Assembly: GCA_036172245.1 (NCBI GenBank)
Contig: JAYWIR010000013.1
Span: 1,488,001-1,552,000, forward strand
Reading direction: 5' to 3'
DNA from: Raillietiella orientalis
Lineage: Eukaryota
DNA length: 64,000 nucleotides
Both the position numbers and the translations under genes were made by a program. Below, one piece after another: positions 11,799 to 23,500 of this stretch. Below the pieces are notes generated by a model. The model was not told where the DNA came from, searched no databases, and saw only the letters and a program-made list of their open reading frames with translations. Positions within the stretch are counted from its first letter, which is position 1, and each line of letters opens with the position of its first letter.

Positions 11799-14700
11799 AT
11801 GGGACGCTCCCTGCCCGACGTGATGGCGGCAGGCGACCCCTACTGCCGGCGTCACGCGTCGTACGGCAGCTGTGCCCTCGCCGCCGTGGGCTCCCTTCCT
11901 AGGGACGATCTCTCGCCCGCTCTGTCACCTTTGCCCCCCGCGTCAGCTAGAGTGCCGCCCTTCTGCCGGTCCCAGTCGGAGTATCGCATAGGGGAGACGC
12001 CTCCCCGCACCCTTCCTTTCCCCGAGGCGAGGGAGGAAGACACACCCTCCATCCTCCTCCTCCGTAAGGACCCCGCAGCCGACCCCCAGCGCAGGCCGAG
12101 GCTCCTGCCCGAGCTGCCCAGTCCCTCCAAGCTCGGTGCCCAGAGCCGCCGGCTGCGCTACCTGGTGGCGTTGGTGGCCGTCCTGATGCTGGCCATGTGT
12201 GTCGTGCTTATCGGCGTCACCCTGCACATCGTCCCCGTCATCGACGAGATCGGTAAGGGGGGGGGAGGTGGTGAGGCAGGGCGAGGTTTTGGGAAGAGGA
12301 GGAGGGGCAGCTCTGGCGCGAGATGGTCTCCCTCCTCCAATGACCATCCGCTCGTCGCCAAGCAACGCGCGCTCGTCTTCCTTCTGAGGAGGGAACCGAG
12401 GCAGTCTGTCCTCCTCATCCTTCTTTTGGCTCAGTCGTGTAGCCTCCGCCCGTCCTTGACCTCCTTTCCCGTCGTTCACAAGGGGAGGAGGAGGAACATC
12501 TCGAGATGCGCTCTTTCCCTCCTTCCTCCTCCCCTTTCCCTGCGGAAGCGTGGTAGGATGGTGGGGGGGGGGGGGGGGGAGGACTCTTCCCGTAAGACCT
12601 TTCGCTCCCGCAGACGCGCCCGTCCTTCGAGAGCAAGGGTATTTCGGGACGTGGGAGTGCGCCGTCTATTTTTAGCACCTCGGGAGAAGCGCCCGCTGGC
12701 GGCCTTCCAGCGAGGCACCGGCTGCAGCGAGGAGGTCTGCGGCCGTGCCGACCCGCGCTCGGCAGGAGCAGCGCCGTCGCCCCAGCCATGTCGTTCAGGA
12801 GCGAAGGGAGGGCCGGCCGCGCAGCCCACTCCTGGTCCTCGCTGCCAGACCTCGCGCGAGAGACACGCCTTCCCGAAGAGGACGCGCTCCTGTCCGCGGT
12901 CCTGGGGCGTTCGGGAAGGGTGAGCCTCCTCCCGTTCCAACTGATCGGGCCCGCACCCCTCCTCATCCCTGGAGAAGGGCCGGAGCTCACCACGCAAGTC
13001 GCGGCCGACCCCTTTAGGAAGTGTCCCGAGGCGGTGCACCGGCCCGGAAGGATATCCCTGCCCTTGTTCTCCGTGGTGTTCGTTCCCCCTGTGGCCAGCG
13101 CCGACCGGCTGTGCCGCAAGTCCGCGGACGGCAGTCGCCGCCGGAAGGTCGCGTGCGTGGTTGCCGCGGTTTTCGGCACGCTCCTGGCGATCGCCATTGC
13201 CGTCATCGTGTCCTCGTCGTACCTATCCTGGAAGATGGAACACGAACGTAGGTGAGGGCTGGGTCGGGAGGAAGGACGGGGTGCATGTTTTTCGCCTGGT
13301 CAAGGAGCAGCCTATTTTCCCGCGCGCCGCCTCTCCCCTTCCCTCCCTAGGAGCACTTTTTGCAACTGTTGCAATTGCAGTTGAATTAATGCCTATATTG
13401 ATAGCAGTCGTTGCAGTTGCAGTCGGGTGGAATGGAAGGGAAGCCACAGCGGCTCTTCCCTTCTGCTCCACAGCCCCTTTCGACGCGGCTCCCTGGGTCT
13501 GCTTCATGGGGATCCGCATTGCGTCAGCATCACACCATCCTCCTCCCCCCTTCCTCTTCGCCATGACAACCACGGGGGAAAGGGGTCGAGGGAGACCCCA
13601 ACCTGTCCTTGCTCGCTCTCCGCTTGCTATCGCCTTCGTCCGCCTTCGTTGCTATTGGTTCCGGTATGTAAATACCGCCCCTGGCGTGGCGCTCTCGTGA
13701 TGCGAGCTCAGGATGTCGCGATACTTCGAACAGATGACGCGCATCCTTGAGGCCTCTCTTCCCGCCAAGACGAGGCCACTAGTATACTCAGCTTCGGGAG
13801 TAGAGATTACCATACTGACGACGAGGGGGAAGGAGAGGGTTTGGTACATTCGGAGTTGGAACGAAAGAGAGCGGCGGAGACGAGGGCATGGTGTGTGTGG
13901 CAAAAGGATTTCCTTTTTTCAACTTTTTTTTGACTCAAAACAACAAACAAACAAACAAAAAAAAAAAGGAATGAAATGGCTGCTTTCCTTAGAGTCTCGC
14001 GAAAACTGTCTTGAATGTAGGGTGACCACAACAACGAAATAATGGGTTCCTGGCTGCTGGCTCACTTGCTGTTCGAACCCCTTCTTGTTCCTCCGCCACA
14101 TTAGCGCGACGAGACGTCTGTGTGCTAAGAACAGCTCAATGTTGGAAACGCACGCCATGTTTGAAGGACGTTTCCAGCATTTCCCAAAGCATTTTCTTTG
14201 TGCAACTTCATTTCCAGGCAGTAGTTCTCTTCCCGGGAAAATCGATTCTCCTTGCCGTTGGAGGATTGTGCGCATCCAGTTATCATTCGTCTCTTGATTG
14301 CATCTGAACACTCTCGTGCTTACTCCTTACGTTTGAGAAAAAAGCCACTGTGGTTGCGTTTTGAAAACCCACCCACTGATGCTTGCTGTTTGCTTGTTTT
14401 CCGAAGGAAAACAAAAAGCATCAGCCAAGAACAAAAGGACTGAACCAAACAAGATGTGTGCATCAATCATGATGGCCTTTGTGTTTCTTCAAGCTGCTTT
14501 ATGTTCCGTGGATTCCCAGAAAACCTACGCCGATTCGTGCTCTCATAAAATTGTGAAATCTTCCTGTGTTCCAAAAGAGTTCTCCTTTGAACTCGAAGCA
14601 TTTCTTTATCCTCTAGTTTGAGGAAATGTGTTCAAAGAGGGTGGAACTTCAGAAAAAGCCCAAAGAGGAAATTCCTGAGGACATTTTTTTCCCATGACAA

Positions 14701-17298
14701 TGAAGCATGCTTTGAAGCATCTGAGGTCTCATTTTCAATCACTCAAACACAGCACGAAAGAAAACTCTTCGAACTAGATGATGTCCTCCCCAAAGGCTAG
14801 CAAACTGTGTATCCACAGGGAGCACTACGGGCGCGACTGCCCTCCCGTAAAGGAAGCAGCAAGGACAACAGGAACAAGAACGCGGAATTTTCCAACTTCT
14901 TGTCCGGCGATGACACTTTTGTCGGACTCAGGGGAGTGGCTATGTCCGATCACCTTTCTTTCTTGTCTTCAGTGAACGCCGCAGCCGTTGCTGCTAAGGA
15001 ATCGTCTCTCGCTTACGGAAAATTGAAATCCTAGCAAACTTTCCGCTCTTTTCGCTATGATTTCGACCTCGTTGGCGTTTGCTTTTCCATAAGGTATAAC
15101 CGCGCTTGCCTCCAGCTAACCCTCTTCCTTCCAAACAGGAGGGGGAGTCCTTCGTTTGGGCTTTGCTCGTGCCGCAGATGCAGATTTACCTTTCCCGTTT
15201 TATAACGCGAAGTTTCCCCCCCTGGCGTGGGTCATGGCGCTGCTCGCATCCTCGTCACGTGAGCCACAAAATGTTGAGGAGGGTTCTTGAATAGGATGTC
15301 TGAGATTCCTTCCATATTGTCCTCCCCCTTCATTTAGGGAAGGTGGGAGATAGGGAATTTGAACATTTATATTAGATTTTCCCCATTCCCCTCCAGAAGC
15401 GAATGTTCTATGCATTCTGTTGCTTCCTTCCTTTTTTTGTGCATGTGTTTTTTTTCCCTTTTGTTCCCTTTGCCAGGCGAGGTGGCATCAGTATCGTCGT
15501 GCATTTGAACCGTGAAGATGGGAGGCAGCGGCTTTTCCTTTGAGGCGGCGATCTGGAATCTCGCGGAAGAGCAGGGAGAGTTGTGCTGAAGCTTCTAGAT
15601 CCGGGCAGGTCGGCATCACGAGGATGCAGCGGGAGCGATCCCATTCCCGAGATGCTGGGCGACTCGGAAACACCATCGCCGAGTGAGGAAGGCAGGAGGT
15701 GCTTCCGGAAGGACGTGGGAGCGCAGACGCTGAAGTCCTCGGCTGCGCAACCAGGGTGCTTTCGGAGTCTCCCCGGCTGCAGCAACCTCACAGACGCTGC
15801 AGGATAACCGTAGGAAGGTTTTTCTTCCCTTAGGGCGATTCGCTTTCTCCTACGCGATGCGGGAACACACTCGATATCTTGACGTGCTCCAGACGACTCC
15901 TGGTGATCGGCAGGATTCCGCGTTCGTGTCAGGATCCCAAGATCTCTTGGAGGGGAGCACCAGGGAGCAGCAGCAAGTCACCATACCAGGAACCCAATGC
16001 TAACTCGGATCCAGTCTGGAATTCCGCCTGATTCCAGCAGAGTCGAATGATCGCAAACAAAGATTTAGGGACTCTCTGAACCACCCTAACAGGGAAACTC
16101 CAAAAACGAAGAGGAAGCTCTCTTCTTCTTTCCCCCATGACCTGACATGGGGAACAACCCACTTTCCCTGTTCTTTACTTTCTTTCATGATGAGACCGGA
16201 CGCGACAGCGGATCCGGCGGCAGCGTCGGGTTGTGTTGCCGACCTTGCGGGAGCATCGTGCGAGAGAGAGTGGAGCTTGCACTATCTCATGATAAGGCAG
16301 CGGATTGGCGGGATCCGTGATCCCTTGCGCCTCGGGCTGTGGGAAGAGGAGGTACGCATTCCGAGTTTCTTCGCGGTGGGGGAGGATGGGTCGCCTCTAA
16401 CACGGCACTTCGAGCGGTGATCGTCCACTGTCTCCTCCCGAGGGTAAACTGTGTGGGAGCAGACGTGCACCTAATTGTTCTACCGGCTGCCTCGTGGCAA
16501 ACCCGTTGCCAACCAGGACGTTTCTTTGAGCAAGGATGACCCGCAGTCCTCTATCTTCCTTCCCCACATGGCTCCTTTTTTTTATTTCCCTTTCCCTCCT
16601 GAGCGTGATTCTGGAACTCACAACCTTCAGGCAGCTCGCCTGGCGGAAGAGACGCGGCGCTCGTGGAGTTTCTCCGTCCTGATCCCGTTTTTCCGGACCA
16701 TCTGGAAGATTCCTTCTTGGACCACGCTAGGTCCGCGGCGTCTTTAGTGATGCAGCTCCCTCGCAAAAGAGCGAGTGCCTTTTTTCAACCCCTCCCACTT
16801 CTTCCTGCGGGGGCCGGCGGCTGCGCCTTAGCGTCAAGCAGAATTCCAAGGGAAATAGCGCGGGCCGCTCAGGGACGGCCAATCCTCAGGCAGCATTCTC
16901 CAGACGTGACCTTCGATTGCGGCTTGTCTTTCTGAGTCCACGAGAGGGATCGCCTGCTCCCCTACCCGGCCGGCCTGGGAAAGGGTGGGCAAGGGGGACC
17001 TCCTCGCAAGCAGCGATTCAGGGGAGAGAAGGGGGAGGAGGATCCGGAAGAGGAGGAGCGCCGTGCGAGAAAGGCGCACCGCGGATGGGGGCAGGGCTAG
17101 TGACGCGGGGTGGTGCTCCCCTTTCCGCTTACAGAGGAACCTCCTTGCAGACCACTGACCATTTGCGTTCCAGTGAGGAAGGAGACTGAGGACGCTCTGA
17201 AGCCATTCAACCAGCTGACCTCCAGTGGCAAGCCTCCTAACGCCTCGAGACAGGTGCTCCCGCCCCCGAACGCCGCCACGCGCGACCCTGACGAGTGA
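11799..17298 (+). CDS. Uncharacterised single-pass membrane protein, isoform A (TM exon ending 12252 spliced to exon 17174-17298)
   Basis: Basic residues precede a hydrophobic helix RRLRYLVALVAVLMLAMCVVLIGVTLHIVPVIDEI, followed by a strong phase-1 donor G|GTAAGG at 12253. The acceptor ttccag|17174, with branch-like cactgac upstream, continues in frame as VRKETEDALKPFNQLTSSGKPPNAS...PDE*. The start is uncertain: ATG 11799, or an upstream exon 11472-11573 spliced to 11700. Confidence 0.55.
12788..13247 (+). CDS. Second TM-bearing exon or paralogous small membrane protein (isoform B of the gene above, or a stand-alone 155-aa ORF ending at 13255)
   Basis: ATG in good context (gccATGt). SWSSLPDL resembles GRSLPDV in isoform A. 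RRRK precedes the TM segment VACVVAAVFGTLLAIAIAVIVSSSYLSW. A phase-1 donor C|GTAGGT at 13248 is compatible with the 17174 acceptor. Confidence 0.5.
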
Positions 17299-17759
17299 GA
17301 CGCCCTCAGGCGACGCCGTCCCATCCTCCGTCCCCAGTGGACTGTGCTGCAAACAAGACAGGGCAGCAGGAAGAGGAGATCGTGGAGGAGTGGAGAACCA
17401 AAAGAAACCAAAGCAAAACAACAGAGTGTCTTGTGGCCAACGGGCGGCTCCCATCATTTCCCGTGGGCGTGAAACGCGCGAGCGACCCCCTTGGGGACAC
17501 GGGACATGGGTTTTCAACGAGCTCGGAAGGATGTGAGAGAGTCTCCACCCACCAAATATAGCGACCGCGCTGCGGTCCTGAGGTATGGGCCACAGCACGT
17601 CCCGCCTGCAGCCCCTGTGAGGCGCTCCCGGTTGACCGAAGGCTGGATAACCAACGCGCGTTCTTCAAGTTTCTCCGCAGTGGATGGGATTCGGCTCGTA
17701 GGACCTCGACGGATCGCGAATTTCTCGAATGGTCGCGGAAGAGGGAGGTCTGCCTTCCT

Positions 17760-18594
17760 TTGGAGATGGGCCTCGTCGCTCGTCTGCCAGTGATGGCGTT
17801 CCCCAAGTCACGATGCTCCTATCCCTCGCGTGGCGTCTCCGGGGCGTCGCGGTTACGTCCAGGGTGGAGGCGAGGCGACTACGGAGGCAGCAACGCCGAT
17901 GCCTCTCTCCTGGAGCTCTCGGACGCGCCCGGTCCCTTCGAGGACGTTCCTCGGAAGTTGATGGACGAGGAGCGGCTGGCGACGAGGGCGACGAAATGGA
18001 CGGTTAGACACTGTGGTGCGCACCCACCCCGCTTTTCCTGCTTCCCTTTTACCACCTCAGAGGAACCTCAAGAGTCGCAGCATCGCCGAGGCGCGGAAGA
18101 CGCTTCCCGCCTTTGCTGCTGCTGCGCCCTCCTTCCCCATCCCTCCTCCACCCGCGTCCCTTGCAGTCCAGATACGCCGGAACTGTTTTACGTTGCCTGC
18201 GCCTCCCCCTTGCTCTACCCTCTTTCCTCCTACGAACAGGAACGCTCCAGTGCCACCTCCACGAGGAAGAGGAGCCTTCTGGCGTTGGAAGAAATGCTGG
18301 ATGCGGCTCGCCCTGTGGTCGATCCCGTTGGAGTGGCTTCTCGCATCCGTATCTAAGAATCTCGCGACACATGCAGCGTGCCCGCAGCAGCAGCGGCTGC
18401 GGACACACGCAGCGTGTCCGCAACCGCTGCTGCTGAAGGCCGTCGCAGTCACCCTGGATGGTGACTTGGATGCATCAAAGCGGAAGCTTCCGCTGGGCAG
18501 TCACGGGACAGTGACCAGAGGTCCCATCGGAAAAACTCGATCGGATGCAGTTGCAGACGTCTTCCGTCCACAAGGGGAAAGATGGATCGCGTAG
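17760..18594 (+). other. Possible GC-rich coding exons of an unknown gene
   Basis: The frame GDYGGSNADASLLELSDAPGPFEDVPRKLMDEERLATRATKWT has mostly G/C-ending codons and ends at a GT at 18003. A pyrimidine-rich acceptor at 18060 continues in phase 0 as RNLKSRSIAEARKT. No homology recognised, and start and end are unclear. Confidence 0.3.
18366..18435. repeat. Combined direct and inverted repeat forming a 22-bp hairpin
   Basis: cagcagcagcggctgcggacac (18385-18406) pairs with gtgtccgcaaccgctgctgctg (18414-18435) with one mismatch. gacacatgcagcgtgcccgca (18366-18386) recurs with two changes at 18402-18422. Confidence 0.85.
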
Positions 18595-19653
18595 GCGAGG
18601 ACGAAGATCTGCCGAAGAACCGCCCATCGACGACGCGCTGATGTGCCTCCCCGCTCGTGTGTGCATCTCCAACGGGCTTCGCCATGTCCCTTCGGTTTCA
18701 CGGTCGTCTGCAAAATCCAGGAAGCCAACAACCAGCTGAAAGTCATCACGAGGTCACTGGATTTCAAAAAAAAAAAAAAAAATAGGGAGGAGTGTTGATG
18801 ACTTCCGTTATGTGTGCACGAAAGAGCTTTCTGGCACTCGATGACTCGCCAGTGATCACCTAGGAGTCTCCCGACGTCCCCGGAACCGAGGGTACATTGT
18901 GATGTTCCACAATAAACTACTTTCGAATCCTCACAAGATGCATCCTCTCCGGTGGAAGGGTCCCTGTGCCACACAAACGGATGGACATCAATTTCGGATG
19001 CCTGCAGAGGGACAGCTGCTCAGGAGACTCTTCTTGATAACGGAAACGCTCTTGGATGCCCTGCAGGTGCTGCAATGAGGAGATCCCGGTGTACGCTGGC
19101 GCTTCCGGTTGCACGACATACCCGTTACCCACTCATGGAGAGAAAGACAGAATTGTTTCAGGTAGATGCAGGACATCCCAATGGTGCACATTCTGATGAG
19201 AGTATCAGAAAATTTTGGTCTGGCCCTTCTATTCTCCCCAAGGCGGAATGTGGCTTGTTATGGATGTGCTGCACCTGCGGCTGGTTTATTCCAGATGCAG
19301 ATCGGCCTTGTTCTGCACTGACCATTACCGATAACGAGAAATGATGTTTCCCTTCTCTCTGCTTCGACGTGTAAGGAAGACTTCAAAGATACCACCAAGA
19401 CATTCATGGAAAAGAAAAAAAATTTCAACCAGAATCGAAAAACTGGGATTTCAAAAACAATATTTCCTGACAACTCCTTGCAGCTCAAGAACGTTGCTCT
19501 TCATAATAATAATAAATAATTGAAGCACTCAGGTAGGGAAAGATGCGTTGCTCCTTCATTCAGTGCTGAGAAAGTAGTGACAGAACGGCACTGGCGCTCT
19601 CTTTAAGACCGAAAGATACACGTAGCAGCAATTGCATTCCTCCTCTTCCCCTG

Positions 19654-20360
19654 CACTCCGAACTCCTGCCCCTTAAGTGGCTAGAGTCGGCGTTGCTTCT
19701 GTTGCATTGGGGTTTACCCTGCAACGCACGCCGCTTCCACTGGACAAGGAGAGCTGTGGATCCTGAGTGCGCCAGGTGCGGAGAGCGGGAATCGCTCTCC
19801 CACCTTATTGTGGACTGTGCTGCTTTCCGACCCCTTTGCGAATGGTTCGGGACGAACCTCGGGCTCCCTACGGGCAGCACCCCCAGAGACGTTCTTCGGC
19901 CCCTCTTCGTGAAGGACGCCCTGCAGCCAGCCGCAGCCCTCGCAGCCCTGTGCTGCGTCCGAGGCATCGTGGCGGCATGGAGCGACACCAACGAAGGAGT
20001 GGGTCCACACGCGAGGGATGTCATCCCATATGCCCAACGCTTCATGCGGAGAGCTGCCGGATGGCCCCAACTGGGGAATATACGGATGGACCTCGTGGGC
20101 TTCCTTCAACGGATGGGCCCACCTCACAGCGACTAGTGATCCCTTCCCTGCCCTCCAACTTCTTTTTGTTTGTTTATTTTCTATTTTTCTTTTTGTTTTA
20201 TCCCCATCCCCCTTCGCTGCTGAGGAACGCTACGCCGGGCTGCGTGCCGGCGTGCCGGCAGGTCCCGTGCATATGGCCGTGAGCGGGGCCTTGTACCGCA
20301 GATGTAGAGTTTTTTAATAAACGCCCCGGGCGTACCCGGGTGTCAACCTTCACTCCGAAC
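19654..20360 (+). mobile_element. 5'-truncated non-LTR retrotransposon: ORF2 C-terminal CCHC zinc finger (zf-RVT type, L1/Tx1-like) plus 3' UTR
   Basis: ORF 19693-20136 contains LHWGLP...DPECARCGERESLSHLIVDC (C-x2-C-x7-H-x4-C), typical of LINE ORF2 C-termini. It is followed by a T-rich tract, GC hairpins and AATAAA at about 20316. The 10-bp direct repeat cactccgaac flanks it at 19654-19663 and 20351-20360. Confidence 0.78.
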
Positions 20361-21779
20361 GCAAAGAATTCTTGCCCCTCCTCTGCGTTTGGAGAAGGGA
20401 GATTGACACATTTTTGGAAAACAATGTCGCATTGATTTCATGCGAGGTTTTGAAGCATCCTTAAGATGCTGTTGAGTTTTCTTGAGAAACAGTGGCATTT
20501 GTAACCCGGGACCTAAGATTAGTGACTTTACTGAAATATGGTGCAAACACAGATGAGCACTAGTAGGGATTACCATTACTTTTGCATAAGTTCAAACACT
20601 TCTTGATTTTTGAAAATTCTCCATCTAATTCACTTTCATCCTATTTGGGAACTCAAACTCTACTATAGAAGTCTCCTGTTGTTATAAAAGAGATGCATCT
20701 TCAATTTGCAAAAGAACTGGATATTCTTTAAAAATACTAAGTGACAAGCTTCCTTGCAAGCCGAAAATTAGCAATTTATGATAACACCAAATCTAGATTC
20801 ATCAACTAGATTCAAATTTGAAGCAAATTACGGAATGAGCGTATACTTTTGATCTTAGATTATGTTTTGAGTAACTGAAGAAGTTATTTTCCCATGATAA
20901 GTTCAATTTGCATTTTGAATTCAAGTTTCAAGACAACACATTATAACACAGTGAAGCTTGAAATCAAGAATTCTAAATTCTTCATAAACACAAATGCATC
21001 AAAAGTAAATTTGATTTTCAAAAGAAATGAATTACTTTACTCGTTTACAAGAAGCAGATAAAGAATTCCGAATTTTGTTTCAGTTAGGGAGAAACGAAAA
21101 AATGACATCACATCCCTGAATCAAAGGTATCACCGAAAGTAAGCAACCTGAAGGATTTTTTTTCTTTTTGTGGCAAACAAATCACTCTTTGCTTTAGAAG
21201 TTACTGAAATTTCTTTTAGACTTTTAGAAAGACTGCTGTGTAGAGGATTTCTCATTCTTAATCTCAGCACATAAGATGAATGCTCAGTGCTCTTGAAATT
21301 CATGTGAGACACCAACGTAACGTTATTTACTTCATAATAAAGCAATTATAAAGATGACACAAAGCATCGAATGTTTATGAAAATTTTGCTTATGCGTTTC
21401 ACTCATAAAAGCATGTAAACACCGAAGTGAAAAGCTATCATACACATGGTTCCTAAACAAATAGAATTCTAAAATTACACTTAAGTATTAATAGAATCAT
21501 TTATAAAGAAGAATATACCACTCTTGTACATCTGATTTCTTTGGAAAATCTACGTGAATGATGAACAAGACACTGCACTCGCCAGGCTTGTAATCAATAG
21601 AATTACATTCTTTTGAGCTTACACTTTTACTTTACATATAAGTTTGATGTTGTACGTATGTGAATTATTGTTGGTACACATAACACTTTGAACATTCAAG
21701 CTTAAATGTTTATCGGAAGGAATTTTGGCTTTTTGTGATTAGTTTGTCGTTTCAATTCATCATCTTATTTAAAATAATA

Positions 21780-22182
21780 ATGGAAACAACCAGCCTACAG
21801 ATTGATGTAGCTGAAAGTAGTATGGCAAGCTTGTATGCAAAGTTTGCGGATGCTTTGGCAGCTGGGTAATGTAGTTTGGTCTTTAAAACTTAAAAGAAAC
21901 TGTGTTTTTAAGAATGGCTCAGAGTAATCTCAAGTAAAAGTTTCGTACCGAAAACCAAGCATGAAAACAATTTGCTGATGCAGACAGACTAGTGGTTCTT
22001 TTCTAAATATTAAATGTTATGTATGAAACATGCAGTCCTTATAATTTCACTATGGTTTGTAGATTGATTGCTATTGGATACAAAGAATTGCAGATTCCTT
22101 TGCAGCATATTGGAAGATGTATGTGGAACATACTATGGTATTTGCTTAAAGAAAGTTAACTGCATATATAAGTTGCATTAAG
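21780..22182 (+). promoter_or_regulatory. Spliced 5' leader of VPS72 with upstream ORFs
   Basis: Three GT-AG segments of the size typical for this genome (21866-21912, 22021-22062, 22138-22182) lie upstream, and the last ends immediately before the VPS72 ATG. The spliced uORF reads METTSLQIDVAESSMASLYAKFADALAAGMAQSNLK*. Confidence 0.45.
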
Positions 22183-23373
22183 ATGGCTGGTTTGGACACA
22201 CCCAGATCAAGAAGAGCCAATGCCGGTAATCGAATGGCACAAATTTTGGATGCCGAAGAGGATGAGTTTTATCAGCAACTATATGGTGGTTTTGATGATG
22301 AAGAAGGGGATGGTGATTACAGGTGAAGAGATTGTTTCGTGACACATATTCGACAGTGGTTTAGGTCCGAAGAAACTGAATCTGACTATGCTGATTCGGA
22401 CTTTAGCATCGATGAAAATGACGAAGTGATTTCAGATGTTGATACAGAAAAGCCTGTGAAAAAGAAAAGCTATTTGCCTAAGACATATAAAGTAAAGTTT
22501 ATAGAAATGCATATTGGTGTCTATTTTATTCTAGGAAACTGTGAGCAAACCACATACACAGGAATCTACTCAGAGTGCTGTTGTATCTAAAAGACCATAC
22601 AGAAGACATGTAGTTGGTAGGTTACATTGTGTGAACCTTGCAGTGCACAATCCATGGGATGCTAGATCTACTGGAACCTAAACAAATGAGGAAATCAACT
22701 GTAGCTAAAACAGCTGAGATTGCTTTACTGACAAAGGAGCGGCAGAAACTAAAAAGACAGCGTGCACAGAGAAGAAATGCACCATTACACAGGCATTTCA
22801 CTCAAGAAGAATTGCTTGATGAAGCAAAGCAAACAGAAAAAATAAATCTCAAGTCTCTGGGTGAGGTTGTTAAATGGATAGACATGTTAATGATTATAGC
22901 AGAGAAGTATCGTCTTATGGAAATGGAAAAAAAGAAATGCCGTGTAGTGAGAAAAGTGCACACAGGACCAATCATTCGTTATCAGTCTGTATCCATGCCT
23001 GTTCTAGATGGACCATCTGTATTCAAGACTTATGAAAGAACTTTTTTGACTTTTTCTGACTGTAATGAAGTGGAAATGCTTTTCCCAAATAAGCGGCCAG
23101 TTCCGGCTGTTAGGAGCATATGTCCTATTTCAGGGTGGGTGCTTAACAAAGTGGGTTGTAATCCCATGTATAAACAGATTGGCTGCAAAGTATTGGGATC
23201 CTGTAACTCAGCAACCATATGCCACCTTGCAAGCATTTAGAATTCTCAGAGAATCCTATTATCAGCAATTAGAAGCCAAAGCAGATCGCAGTAGCCCCCA
23301 GATGGCAGCATGGCTTGATTGGCGACAGGCTCAAAGACTCAGTGGGAAAGCTGGCGTATTTGCCTATAGCTGA
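22183..23373 (+). CDS. VPS72: Vacuolar protein sorting-associated protein 72 / YL1 (H2A.Z chaperone of SRCAP/TIP60)
   Basis: N-terminal RSRRANAGNRMAQILDAEEDEFYQQLYGGF, DSDFSIDENDE and TQEELLDEAKQTEKINLKSL motifs, plus YL1_C CPISGLAAKYWDPVTQQPYA. Exons 22183-22322, 22365-22491, 22535-22616, 22666-22860, 22903-23134, 23178-23373. Confidence 0.96.
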
Positions 23374-23500
23374 TATCTTGCTACCAGGACATTTTGATAT
23401 TAGTGGACAAAAAGTCCAGCAGCAATTACAACCATGTCTGGAAAAAACAGCAGCTTTATGAGAGAAAAGTTCCAAAAGTGCTTGTAAACTAGCACAATCC

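Noticed and set aside
14040..14085. GTTCGAACCC, resembling a tRNA T-loop / B-box
   Set aside because: No A-box or cloverleaf could be formed.
18766..18782. 17-nt poly(A) run as a possible retrocopy tail
   Set aside because: No upstream AATAAA or flanking TSD was found, and long A/T homopolymers are common throughout this window.
10284..18974. Dozens of long overlapping ORFs on both strands in the ORF track
   Set aside because: These are expected from stop-codon scarcity in GC-rich DNA. Their Arg/Pro/Gly/Ser-rich translations lack motifs. I kept only frames with signal/TM features or splice support.
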